DNA of 64,000 nucleotides, from the NCBI GenBank assembly GCA_024137785.1, contig JAHRHZ010000002.1, positions 4,359,329-4,423,328 of the forward strand, read 5' to 3'. Positions 1-10,299 of the stretch are shown here, piece by piece (within the stretch, counting starts at the first letter, position 1; every line of letters begins with the position of its first letter). Source of the DNA: Ginglymostoma cirratum. Lineage: Eukaryota. The notes under the pieces were generated by a model. That model was given only the letters and a program-made list of their open reading frames with translations. It was not told the DNA's origin and searched no databases. Position numbers and translations under genes: made by a program.

Positions 1-240
1 GGGTGCCTGGAACGTGCTGCTGGTGTTGGGGGGAGGGGGGGGGCGGGGGTGGTTGCGGTTAGTGGAAGCAGATACTATAGTGACTTTTAAAGGACGTTTT
101 GACAAATGCATGACTAGGATGGGAATAGAGGGATATGGTCCCTGGAAGTGTAGGGGGTATTAGTTGTGATGGGCAGCATGTCAATGCAGGCTTGGAGGGC
201 CGAAGGGCCTGTTTCCGTGCTGTAATTTTCTTTGTTCTTT
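1..240 (+). mobile_element. CR1 LINE 3' fragment
   Basis: CR1 ORF2 C-terminal remnant (TFKGRFDKCM) and the 3' UTR motif GAGGGCCGAAGGGCCTGTTTCCGTGCTGT. Confidence 0.7.
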
Positions 241-2822
241 ATTGTTGTTCAATGTAGCAGTTACTTTTAAAAACAACTTGGAGATACACCTCCAGCCTAG
301 GTTAGACCCTACTGGCCCAGAGGCAGGGATATTGCCACTGCACCACAACAGCCCCTCAACACCTTGAGTAAATTTAATGTCATTAAAAGGAGATGGGCAG
401 AATTAACCTTCAAGGTTGTACGTTTTACTGCACCAATTATGGGGCATCCAACATTGCTTAAAGATAGGACATTGAGCTCATTAAGCTCGCTCCACTGATG
501 AGCATGGCTGATTTGATAATCAACAACTCTACTTCCCTGCAACCCTCGATTCTTTATGATTTATAAAGAACAAAAGAATCAGTGCCTTCACCTTGACTAT
601 ATTTAGTGACTCATCTCTACAGCCCACATGGTAAAGAATACCACAGATTCAGTACTGAAGAAGCTCCCATCGAGTGAGCAACCCCATATGCCGTTTGGTC
701 CAAGGCTCTCCAATTGGAGAGAAAAATCTGCTCCGACCTTGTCAAGCCACCCCTCAATAATCTGGTTTTAAAATGTCTCCTCATTCTTAAATGAGAGCCC
801 AAATTACTCAACCTCTCCAAAAAGGAGAATTCCTCCACATTTGGAACTAACTTAGTAAGCCTCCCTAACACTGCTACCAATTCTGGTAGCATCTTTCCTC
901 GATGGGACCAAAACCATTCAATATTCCAAGTGTTGTGTGAACAGTCTTGTATTGTTAAGACCTCCCCATTTTTAAGTGCACCACTCGAGAAGAGGTCAAC
1001 ATTTACCTACCCTATTGCCTGCTGAACCTGCTAGTGTTCTTATTTGTGCACAATGACTCCCCAACCATGCTACAGCCATCTGCATTTTAATATTCAGCTG
1101 TATTTTTCCTGTCTATGCAGTCAGTCATTACTTTATTGACTGGCAGGGCAACTCAACAGGGCAAATGGCCACCTTTTCTCGACCTCATGTACAGGTGCTT
1201 TGGGGCTAATGCCAATAATTAAGGGAAAAAAATTGTACACAATGAAATTGTATTTCATAAAAGTTTTATCAAGCAAAAGCTTAAAATTTAACATTTTAAA
1301 AAAACGGGAAGAATTGAAGCACTAGTTTAAAGACCTCAAATTCAGAGGTAAGACTAGAGGCTAGGAGCTTTGTGGTTTAAGATTCACCACAATGAGAGAG
1401 AGAGAGATTTTTGGTATAAAGAAACCAAATATCCACATGAGATGGTTATCAAAATTAACTATTTCAGTGAATGGCAGTTAGCTTGGTGGGGCATTTGCTG
1501 CCTCAAATCTCACTGGGCTACACATCAGGAAGCTTCAAGATCAGTTCAGATCCTGGGAATTATATTTAGTGATTATATTTATATTTGTTGGATGAATTCA
1601 AGACCTTAAGACACAGTCAGCTGTAAAAAGGTGACTAGGTCACTGTCACTTACGAATGCAAAAATTAAAGTTCAGTGCAAAAGTTTCACAACAGGAAGGG
1701 ATTGAGTACCAAAGGTTAATATTGTTCATAAAATGCAAGCTTGTGATTGAGCTGCTTGAACTACCTGAAGTAACCACACAAGTAAATGTGACAGGCATGT
1801 TAATTGACTGGTCCAAGTAACAAATCAGTACAAAATGTTTTCCTCCAAACTTCACAAATGAGGAGCCATTGTCATTTACAAATGTTTGCACTACCAGAGA
1901 CATTCAACCCATTATTTCCTTGCTGTCTCAGCACAAGCAATTTATAGTCATAGCTGCAGAATTAAAGACTTTTCTGAAATGTAATTTAGTGTTACTGTAA
2001 CACTTCAGCACTTCCTGCATGTTATACACTTATGTAACTGCTGGTTGATTCTAATGCAAGTGGCTGACACAATGAAATTGACTTGATGGATTAAAAGTTA
2101 AAGACTAAAGTTAAAAGTTTACAGAACTTAAAGATTACAACCCTAGACAAAGTTGTGGGTTGTATCCCATCCAACTTTTTAAAATCAAATATACCAATGT
2201 TTTAGATCACAGAACATTTTATTGATTCAGTTCCAATTTCCAGTTGAGAACTGACTAATATTTAGCTTAAAGGACACTGAAAATTCTGTTTTAGTCAGCT
2301 TGCAAAGAAACCTAGTGGGTTTCAAAACAGTTCCGTTAAACAAGTTGTTTGAGCCAGGTTGTGTAGGCACTCTCCGCTTGTCTTTCTGAACTCCAATACC
2401 TTTAATATTTCTGGAATATATCAAAAGCATTGTTGATACATAAAGACGACTTATACAAGTAGTATTGTTTCATGAACAAATGAATCTAAGCTGCTGGAGA
2501 AACTCAGGTCTGGCAGTATTGGGGAGAGAAAGCAAGTTATTAAATCCAGTGATTCTTCAGAACATTGTCACATTCAATTTCAAAACTAGTTCTTTTGAGA
2601 TCAGACACAACTAAGGTCACTGGACATTTTTCCATTTAAAGCCACTGTTCTCTTGAAGTGTTCTGGATTGTTGCTAATCTACTGTTAATTCTCAAGGCAT
2701 TACCAGGCTTAGTCATTTTAAAACAGAAGCGATCTTAAACCCCCATAGGTTGTGGCTAATCACTATGACCCTGACATCTTGTATGGGAAGGATCTGGGCT
2801 GAAAAGCCGGATTGTAAAGCAG

Positions 2823-2919
2823 TGACAAAAACAAAGTTGCTGGAAAAGCCCAGCAGGTCTGGCAGCATCTGTGAAGGAGAAAACAGAGTTAACGTTTCGG
2901 GTCTGGTGACCCTTCCTCA
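2823..2919 (-). mobile_element. Short Penelope-terminal-repeat-like insert with a hammerhead-like motif
   Basis: Flanked by the 13-bp direct repeat GATTGTAAAGCAG (2810-2822 and 2920-2932). Minus strand reads CTGAGGA-A-GGGTC ACCA GACCC-GAAA-CGTT. Confidence 0.8.
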
Positions 2920-4341
2920 GATTGTAAAGCAGCTACATTTGTTTCCTTTTAAAAAAAGGAGACAGACCATGAAAATATCTGCAAAACATCAGCAGCCAAA
3001 GTAAGACTGCAATATTGAACAGCATGCAATCCCAGCCTTAGACCAGTGCAGAAAGATTCCTGAAAATAATTGTAAACATTACAAACATCCTGATAGCAAT
3101 TCTAAATAATCCCATCTGTTGAACTAATTAATCCTTTTGGACGTCAGTGAAAGGAAACAAAAGGGCTATTGCTTTTGAAGCATCTTTGAAGTACAGTATC
3201 CTCTAATTCTATTTCACTGGAGTCTGGGTGTGACAGGGCATAGATACAGGGACAATGTTTAATTAGCATCAAGCTATAGGTTTTTAAATTTGACACATGT
3301 TGGTAGGCAAGAACAGACACCTCACTGCATTTTTGCCCCTAAACTGTAATCTCATTAGTAAGAGGCAAGCTTCTGATGGAGTAGCCTGAACTACCTGAAA
3401 TAGCCACCACGTTAGAAATAAATAGTGACTCATGCTGATTGACTGGTCTAGGTAACAAAGTCAGCACAAGAACTTTCATCCAAGCAAAGTGCAGGATCAT
3501 GAGAAATTGGAGTTATGTACTATGGCAGAAATAGGAACTGAACATACTGTAGAAAGCAGCATAGTAGGATTGGATTGTCTTTGTTAATCAAAAAGCTATT
3601 CTCCAAGTTCAGCAGTTCATAGGAAAGGTAAATTAGTACTGGCCCTTATTCTATTGAAAGAGTGCAAAAATAGGAAGGTTTTCCAAAAAAAAAACCTGTA
3701 AATTGCTAGTGTAACTACACCCAGAACAGTGAACAGTACGTTCCCCAGATAAAGACCGATATAATAGAATTTAAAAAAGTTTACTAGGTATATGGAGAGA
3801 TCATACAGAGTTTGAGCTTGTACTCAATGGAGTGCATGTTGAGAAGCTTATTGTAAAATTCAGATCAGCCATTTCATGAACGTCAGAGCCAAGTGACCTC
3901 CTTCTGCCGTGAGTGGTTGTAATACTGCGATTTAGAGCTTTAAAGAACAAAACTATTGGAAATGCTCCCACATGCAAAGGCGACCACTCAGTACATAGAG
4001 CTGTATAGTACAGCTGAATAAACTGTACAATTTACAACACCAGGTCCATAGTCTTACAGGTTACAGTAAGAAGTGCAGGTTTGTTTTAAAAGAAATAAAA
4101 GATTTCCACTTTAACAAAGCTGACAAAAGATTCCAAACGCTTACTGCCCTCCGATGAGAAAGTTTCCCCCATCACCTCTAATCCTTCTAGTAATCACTTT
4201 AAAAATCAGTCCCTAAAGTCTCCACGTTAGGGTAATCACAATTTCAAGTTGTGCCTGATGCACTCTAGTCTAGGTGGGGGCAGTAATGTTAAAGAGACTA
4301 AGTTTCCCCCCCGGGGTCTACAGGCTGCACTGGGCTCTTAC

Positions 4342-4444
4342 CGGCTCCGCTGTCCCTCTCGCCGTTAAAGATAACCAGGACCGCGATAAGGAAAGGGATC
4401 CGTATCCACAGAGAGCGGGAAGCAGCGCCACCCAGCGACAGCAT
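4342..4444 (-). CDS. Probable MHC class II beta chain, exon 1 (signal peptide); the rest of the gene lies beyond the window's left edge
   Basis: Not in the ORF track. ATG at 4444, MLSLGGAASRSLWIRIPFLIAVLVIFNGERDSGA + G, then a GTAAGA donor; 103 nt, phase 1. CpG-rich, has a hydrophobic core, and lies downstream of an X1/X2-Y module. It resembles shark class II beta leaders from memory; no beta-1 exon is visible to confirm. Confidence 0.75.
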
Positions 4445-4498
4445 AGTTATACTGTAACAGTCACAAACTCACACTGAGTGCGGCTGGGGGGGAGCTGT

Positions 4499-4510
4499 CT
4501 TTAAATAAAG
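4499..4510 (-). promoter_or_regulatory. TATA-like element upstream of the putative beta exon 1
   Basis: CTTTATTTAAAG on minus, about 55 bp upstream of the ATG and just downstream of a CCAAT at 4521. Confidence 0.45.
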
Positions 4511-4535
4511 ATCCGGGCAACCAATCAATCAGCAC

Positions 4536-4691
4536 GGAAACTGGACCAACCAATCAGAGTGGAAACTGGACCAACCAATCAGNNNNNNNNNNGGAAACTG
4601 GACCAACCAATCAGAGTGGAAACTGGACCAACCAATCAGAGTGGAAACTGGACCAACCAATCAGAGTGGAAACTGGACCAACCAATCAGAG
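4536..4691. repeat. 25-bp tandem repeat GGAAACTGGACCAACCAATCAGAGT; each unit carries a Y box (CTGATTGGTT on minus)
   Basis: CCAAT at 4550, 4575, 4607, 4632, 4657 and 4682, with identical units. A 10-N gap at 4583-4592 means the copy number is uncertain (at least 6 as assembled). Confidence 0.95.
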
Positions 4692-4730
4692 GGGTAGATC
4701 CAAATGAACTTTGGATGCCGTACATCAGGA

Positions 4731-4830
4731 ACAAAAACAGAAGTTGCTGGAAAAACTCAGCAGGTCTGGCAGCATCTGTGAAGAAAAGGTCAGAGTTAAC
4801 GTTTCGGGTCCGGTGACCCTTCCTGAGAAC
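4731..4830 (-). mobile_element. Same short element family, inserted inside the beta promoter
   Basis: Near-identical to 2823-2919. The hammerhead core is mutated (CTCAGGA). Confidence 0.8.
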
Positions 4831-4930
4831 CTGCTCACAGTAGAGTTATGTAAGGCCAATCAAGATGACGCAGGACATATCCAATCACGGTAGACTAATA
4901 CTGGTCCAATCAGCATAGTGAAGCGATGGC

Positions 4931-4974
4931 CCAATCAGAGACGAGCTACGCACCTTCGTCATCTGTTGCTGTGG
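4931..4974 (-). promoter_or_regulatory. X1/X2-Y module of the putative class II beta promoter
   Basis: Minus strand CCACAGCAACAGATGACG (X1 plus CRE-like TGACG X2; compare HLA-DRA CCTAGCAACAGATG), a 21-bp spacer, then a perfect CTGATTGG (4938-4931). Confidence 0.85.
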
Positions 4975-5504
4975 GAAGCAAATCCCGTTTAAAAAAGATT
5001 TAATTAGTCGGATCATATAGGTCAGCCTCTATAACCCAGTGCCGCGGCGGCGGAGGAACGTGGCAGCATCGGTGGAGATATAGAGATGAAGATTCGGTTC
5101 TTCTGATGCTGCTGGGTCTGCTGTGTACCTCCAGCACCATACTGTGTTGTCTCTGACTCCAGCATCAGTTGCTCTTACTATCTCTGGGTCAGCCTATAGT
5201 CATGAATCTCGAACTTAAATCATGAGTGGTACTGTGGTTCAGTGATTGGCATTGTTGTCTCAGCTCTAGGGACCTCTGTTTAATTTTGGAGTTGGGTGAA
5301 TCGCTGCGTTGAATTTGCACGTTCTTCCCCCACCCCTAATGGTGTAGGTTTATGTAGGATGCTCATTATCCAAATGGTCTCATCCTGCACTGTAGGGGGC
5401 ACTATCATGGTCTACATCATCCTGCTTTCAAGGGACTGGTGACCAATCAAAAGCAGGGGTCACATCAGTTTTGAAGAAGGTTAGAGATGTTGGCTTTATC
5501 CACA

Positions 5505-7050
5505 CTGGTGCAGTGCCTTAGTGATTAACCTATTGCCACACTTCACCAGGTACCCAATTCCAGCCTTGAGCAGCTGTCTATGTGGAGTTTGCATATTTTC
5601 TTTCTGTCTGTGTGGGCTTTGTCTGGGTGCTCTGGTTTCCTCTGACAGTCCAAAGATCTACAAGTTTAGGTGCGTTGGCCATGGGAAATGCAGGGTTAAG
5701 ACCATAAGACCACAAGACGTCGGAGTGGAAGTAAGGCCATTTGGCCCATCAAGTCCACTCTGCCATTTAATCATGGCTGATGGGCATCTCAACTCCACTT
5801 ACCCACACTCTCCCTGTAGCCCTTGATTCTTTACGAGATCAAGAATTTATCAATCTCTGCCTTGAAGACATTCAACGTCCCGGCCTCCACCGCACTCCAT
5901 GGCAATGAATTCCACAGGCCCACCACTCTCTGGCTGAAGAAATGTCTCCTCATTTCCGTTCTAAATCGACCCCCTCTAATTCTAAGACTGTGCCCACGGG
6001 TCCTAGTCTCCCCACCTAATGGAAACAACTTCCCAGCGTCCACCATTTCTAAGCCATGCATTATCTTGTAAGTTTCTATTAGATCTCCCCTCAACCTTCT
6101 AAACTCTAATGAATACAATCCCAGGATCCTCAGCCGTTCATCGTATATTAGGCCTACCATTCCAGGGATCATCCGTGTGAATCTCTGCTGGACACGCTCC
6201 AGTGCCAGTATGTCCTTCCTGAGGTGTGGGGCCCAAAATTGGACACAGTATTCTAAATGGGGCCTAACTAGAGCTTTATAAAGTCTCAGAAGCTCATCGC
6301 TGCTTTTATATTCCAATGCTCTTGAGATAAATGACAACATTCCATTCGCTTTCTTAATCACAGACTCAACCTGCAAGTTAACCTTTAGAGAATCCTGTAC
6401 TAGCACTCCCAGATCCCTTTCTACTTCGGCTTTATGAATTTTCTCACTGTTCAGAAAATAGTCCATGCCTGTATTCTTTTTTCCAAAGTGCAAGACCTCA
6501 CATTTGCTCACATTGAATTTCATCAGCCATGTCCTGGACCACTCTCCTAAACTGTCTAAATCATTCTGCAGCCTCCCCACCTCCTCCGTACTACCTGCCT
6601 GTCCACCCAACTTCGTATCATCGGCAAACTTCGCCAGAATGCCCCCAGTCCCTTCATCCAGATCATTAATATATAAAGTGAACAGCTGCAGCCCCAACAC
6701 TGAACCCTGCGGGACACCACTTGTCACCGGTTGCCATTCTGAAGAAGAGCCTTTTATCCCAACTCTCTGCCTTCTGTCAGACAGCCAATCCTCAATCCAT
6801 GCCAGTAACTCACCTCAAACACCATGGGCCCTCATCTTACTCAGCAGCCTCCTGTGAGGCACCTTATCAAAGGCCTTTTGGAAGTCTAGACAGATAACAT
6901 CCACTGGGTTTCCCTGGTCTAACCTACTTGTTACCTCTTCGAAGAATTAGAAGGGTTACTGGGATGGAGTAGGTTGGTCTGGGTAGGATGCTCTTTGCAC
7001 AGTCTCTGTGGACTTGTTGGACCAAATGGCCTGTTTTCATGCTATAGGAT
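5505..7050 (+). mobile_element. Degenerate HE1-like tRNA-derived SINE, split by a CR1 insertion
   Basis: TGTGGAGTTTGCA...GGTGCTCTGGTTTCCTC...GTCCAAAGAT core at 5575-5698; the SINE 3' part resumes at 6952. Confidence 0.7.
5699..6951 (-). mobile_element. Young 5'-truncated CR1 LINE (RT C-terminal part)
   Basis: ORF 5831-6727 has SGVPQGSVLG and KFADDTK. TCTTATGG-type tail; 7-bp TSD AGGGTTA (5692-5698 and 6952-6958). Confidence 0.95.
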
Positions 7051-7165
7051 ATATTTAGAAAACTACCAGACCTGCTGAGTCCTTCCACAAATTTCTGTTT
7101 TTGAATCAGAAATCATTAACAGTTCCTAAGGTTTTAGAGTAAATATGTTGTTCGGGTTGTGGATG

Positions 7166-7305
7166 TTGTGGTTGGTTGGCCTGCTGAGCTGGTTTGTTGT
7201 TCTGCAGATGTTTCATTGGAGGCTGCACTGATGATGTTACCCAACAGGGTAATGAAATGTCTGCAGAACAACAATGAACCAGCTCAGTGAGCCAACCAAC
7301 CACAA
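7166..7305. mobile_element. Palindromic Penelope-type terminal-repeat remnant with a hammerhead-like motif
   Basis: Inverted arms at about 7166-7217 and 7251-7305. Plus strand CTGCA-CTGATGA-T-GTTACCC AACA GGGTAAT-GAAA-TG-TC-TGCAG at 7223-7266. Confidence 0.65.
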
Positions 7306-7429
7306 AATCATTAACAATAACCAGGCACAACATGGCAAACAGGAAATTTAGTACATAGAAGGGAAGTATTCAGTCCATGAAATGTTATCTATATGTGTGG
7401 AAGTGGTGTCATTGAATGTGACCATAACA

Positions 7430-8100
7430 TGCAAGAGCAGATTATAGGCCATTCAGCCCAGCAATTCTGCTCCACCATTCAATGGTGCCCTTGCTCTAAC
7501 CCTAACCATTCGTGGCTGATCTGATAATCTTTCACTTCAACAGTGGTTTTTCCCATAACCATTGATTCCCTTATTGATTAACATCTGTATCACAGCCTTG
7601 AATATATTTAGTGCCCCAGCTTTGACAACCCTCTCCAGTAAAGAATTTCAGAGTCACAGCCCTGTGAGAAGAAATTTCATCTGTCTTAAATGTTCAACTC
7701 CTTATTCTGAGACTATGCTCTCTGGACTAAGACTTTCCCACAAAGGGGGAGGGGGGGAGGGAACTCCCTCCTTATGATCTACTGTCAAGCCCCATAAGGG
7801 TCTTATATATTCCAATAAGATATCCTCTCAATCTTCTAAACTCCAATAAGTACACATACTTAATATCTCCTCACAAGAATATCCAATGCTCAGGATCAAA
7901 CTAGTGAACTTTGTCTAGATTGAAATTTGAGGCAATCTCTTTCCCTAGATAAGGGGTTCAAAACTGTTCACAGATTTTCAGCTGTGGTCTGACTAATGTC
8001 TGGGATAGATTTAGCAAGACCTCCCCATTTTTATGCTCTATTCTCTTTGAAATAAAGGCCAGTATGATTTGCCCTCCCCATTAGCCACTGTATGCTAGCT
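7430..8100 (-). mobile_element. Degenerate CR1 3' portion
   Basis: Similar to the CR1 copy at 5699-6951 (taggccattcagccc...cttctaaactccaat). Confidence 0.7.
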
Positions 8101-8556
8101 TTGCTTAAAATTCACATGTGGGACATGAGCATTGTTGGCTGCTTGCATTTATTGTCCATCGCTAGTTGTTCTTGAGAAGATGGTAGTGATCTGCTTTCTT
8201 GAACTGTTGCAGTCCATCTACAATAGGTAGACACAAAATGCTGTTCTGGGCTGATAATACTTCTTCACATAAAAACAAAAATGCTGAGGCTGAAAAGGCC
8301 TTACAATTACTTCAAAGAGTAGAATTATTCACCAACCCTACTGATCAATCAGCTGCTTTCTCTGCATTCATTCTGGTTCCTGACATCTTACCGTGTTTAT
8401 CTCGCTGTAGGTAAACCTCTCATTCGAGCTTTTTAACCTCACACTCAAATCTCTTACTTTGCAGACGTTACTTCTTGCAGTAAAATTTGCTTAAAGCACC
8501 TCATTCCCCCTCTGCACTAAATTGCCACTTTGAATGTAGCTCTGTCTCTAACTGCC

Positions 8557-9125
8557 TGATGTGGAGGTGCCGGAGTTGGACTGGAGTGGGCAAAGTCAGA
8601 AATCACACAACACCAGGTTATAACCCAACAGGTTTGTTTGAAATCACAAGCTTTTGGAGCCTCAGTCCTTCTTCAGGTGTTAGTGAGAGAGGTAGTATCA
8701 GACACAGAATTCATATGTAAAAGGTCAAAAGTTCACCTCATTGATGAAGATGTACTAAACAAACCTAAGATGCTGTTAAATCTTTAATTAGTTAGAATGT
8801 TTTAGTTGATTAATCTGTATATGTAGAATTCTGAATTCCTTGTAAAGAAGAGGTGATGTTTTAGGTCAGACAATGCATGTCAGGTGTGAGACCTTGTTTA
8901 GAATCTGTTTGTATTTTAGTTTGGAGTGGTTTTATTTCTAAAGTAGGAATACCTCATAGATTCTCGTGTGTGTGTGTCTCTCGTGGGGTCACCTGTAAGG
9001 CGACATGAACCCAAGATCCCGGTTGAGGCCATCCTCATGGGAACTGAACTTGCCAACAGCCTCTGCTCAGCAACTCTGTGTTGTTGTGTATCCTGAAGTT
9101 TGCCTTGGAGGACATCCAAATGAGC
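8557..9125 (-). mobile_element. Penelope-like element 3' remnant (second family)
   Basis: Degenerate endonuclease tail (LQDTQQHRVAEQRL) and a terminal repeat with the decayed hammerhead-like CAC-CTGAAGA-A-GGA...TCC-AAAA-GCTT-GTG at 8679-8645. Confidence 0.55.
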
Positions 9126-9129
9126 CACG

Positions 9130-10290
9130 TGCAAATTGGCATAGGACAGATCAGATTTGAGAAATAAATGAATAAAATGGGAGAAGTGAGCTCCAATTCA
9201 TAGGGCGTTGGCACCAATACTGAGGAAAATGGGATCTTTACTGAAGGAGCACTCTCCACTTGCATAGTGCTGGGGTCAGTGATCTTGCCAACTACATAAA
9301 GAACTAGAGGAGATTTTAAATTGAATAATGTGGGAAACGGATCAAAATTGGAAGATGTTATAAATCAAGAAAAAGAGTCAAGGCCAAATAGAAAGGTATT
9401 AATATTGAAAATGATAAACAGACTGTGACAGGAAGGAATTGGGAGTATGAGACTTAGTCAACTAACAGATAAGATTAGGATTTACAAAGAGAGGAAAAGG
9501 ATAAAACTAAAGGATCTGTACCTGAGGGCATGTAGTATTCAAAACAAAACAGATGAACTGATTTCACTAATTCACTCCCATTTGCACTATCTGGTAGCCA
9601 TTATACAAACATCACTACAGATTGATATGGATTAGGACCTGAATCTTAACAGGTACGGGACAATTAATAATGATAGGAAAATAGGAAAAGGGTTAGTTCT
9701 TGATGGTAACAGCACAATAGAGAGGATGATCTCAATTCAGGAAACCAAGATATGGAATAAGTTTGGGTAGAGATGAGAACTGATGAAGGTAAGAAACCAC
9801 TTGTGGGAATTGTACACAGGCCCCTTCACAGTAACCATATGGTAGGGTAGAGAATAAAGCAAGAAATGATGTGAGCTTGTCAGAAAGGTATGATAGTAAT
9901 CATGGGACCTTTTAAACCTACATATAGATTAGAAATGTCAGGTGTTAAAGGTAACCTAGCGGAGGAATTCATCAAATATTTTCGGGATAATTTCTTAGAA
10001 CAGCATGTTCTGGACTCAACCAGAGGCCATGTCAATACCAGATCTGGTATTGTGTAATGGGATAGCATTGATTATCTCAGAAAACACTCCAGGTATCAGT
10101 GACCATGGTATGATTGAGTATCATATTCAGTTTGAGGGACAGAGGAGTGAGTATGAGTCTACTTTTAAAAAAAATTAAGAGGGCAGTTATGAGGGCGTGA
10201 AAGCAGAGCTGGCTAAAATGAATTGACAAATTAGGTTAAAGAATAGGTCAGTAGAGATGCCATGTCAGACATTCAAGGGAATATTTTAGA
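9130..10290 (+). mobile_element. Degenerate CR1, ORF2 endonuclease region
   Basis: LYLRACSIQNKTDEL remnant and ...IVHRPLHS...IMGPF-like AP-endonuclease motifs, with many stops. Confidence 0.7.
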
Positions 10291-10299
10291 TTTTTTTTA

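Noticed and set aside
1646-1903. ORF containing VNDNGSSF, reminiscent of an integrase DDE motif or a beta-1 exon
   Set aside because: No other integrase motifs and no class II beta-1 signature.
4536-4691. CRISPR-like or coding interpretation of the 25-bp repeat
   Set aside because: The units are contiguous with no unique spacers and the context is eukaryotic; the overlapping ORFs only translate the repeat.
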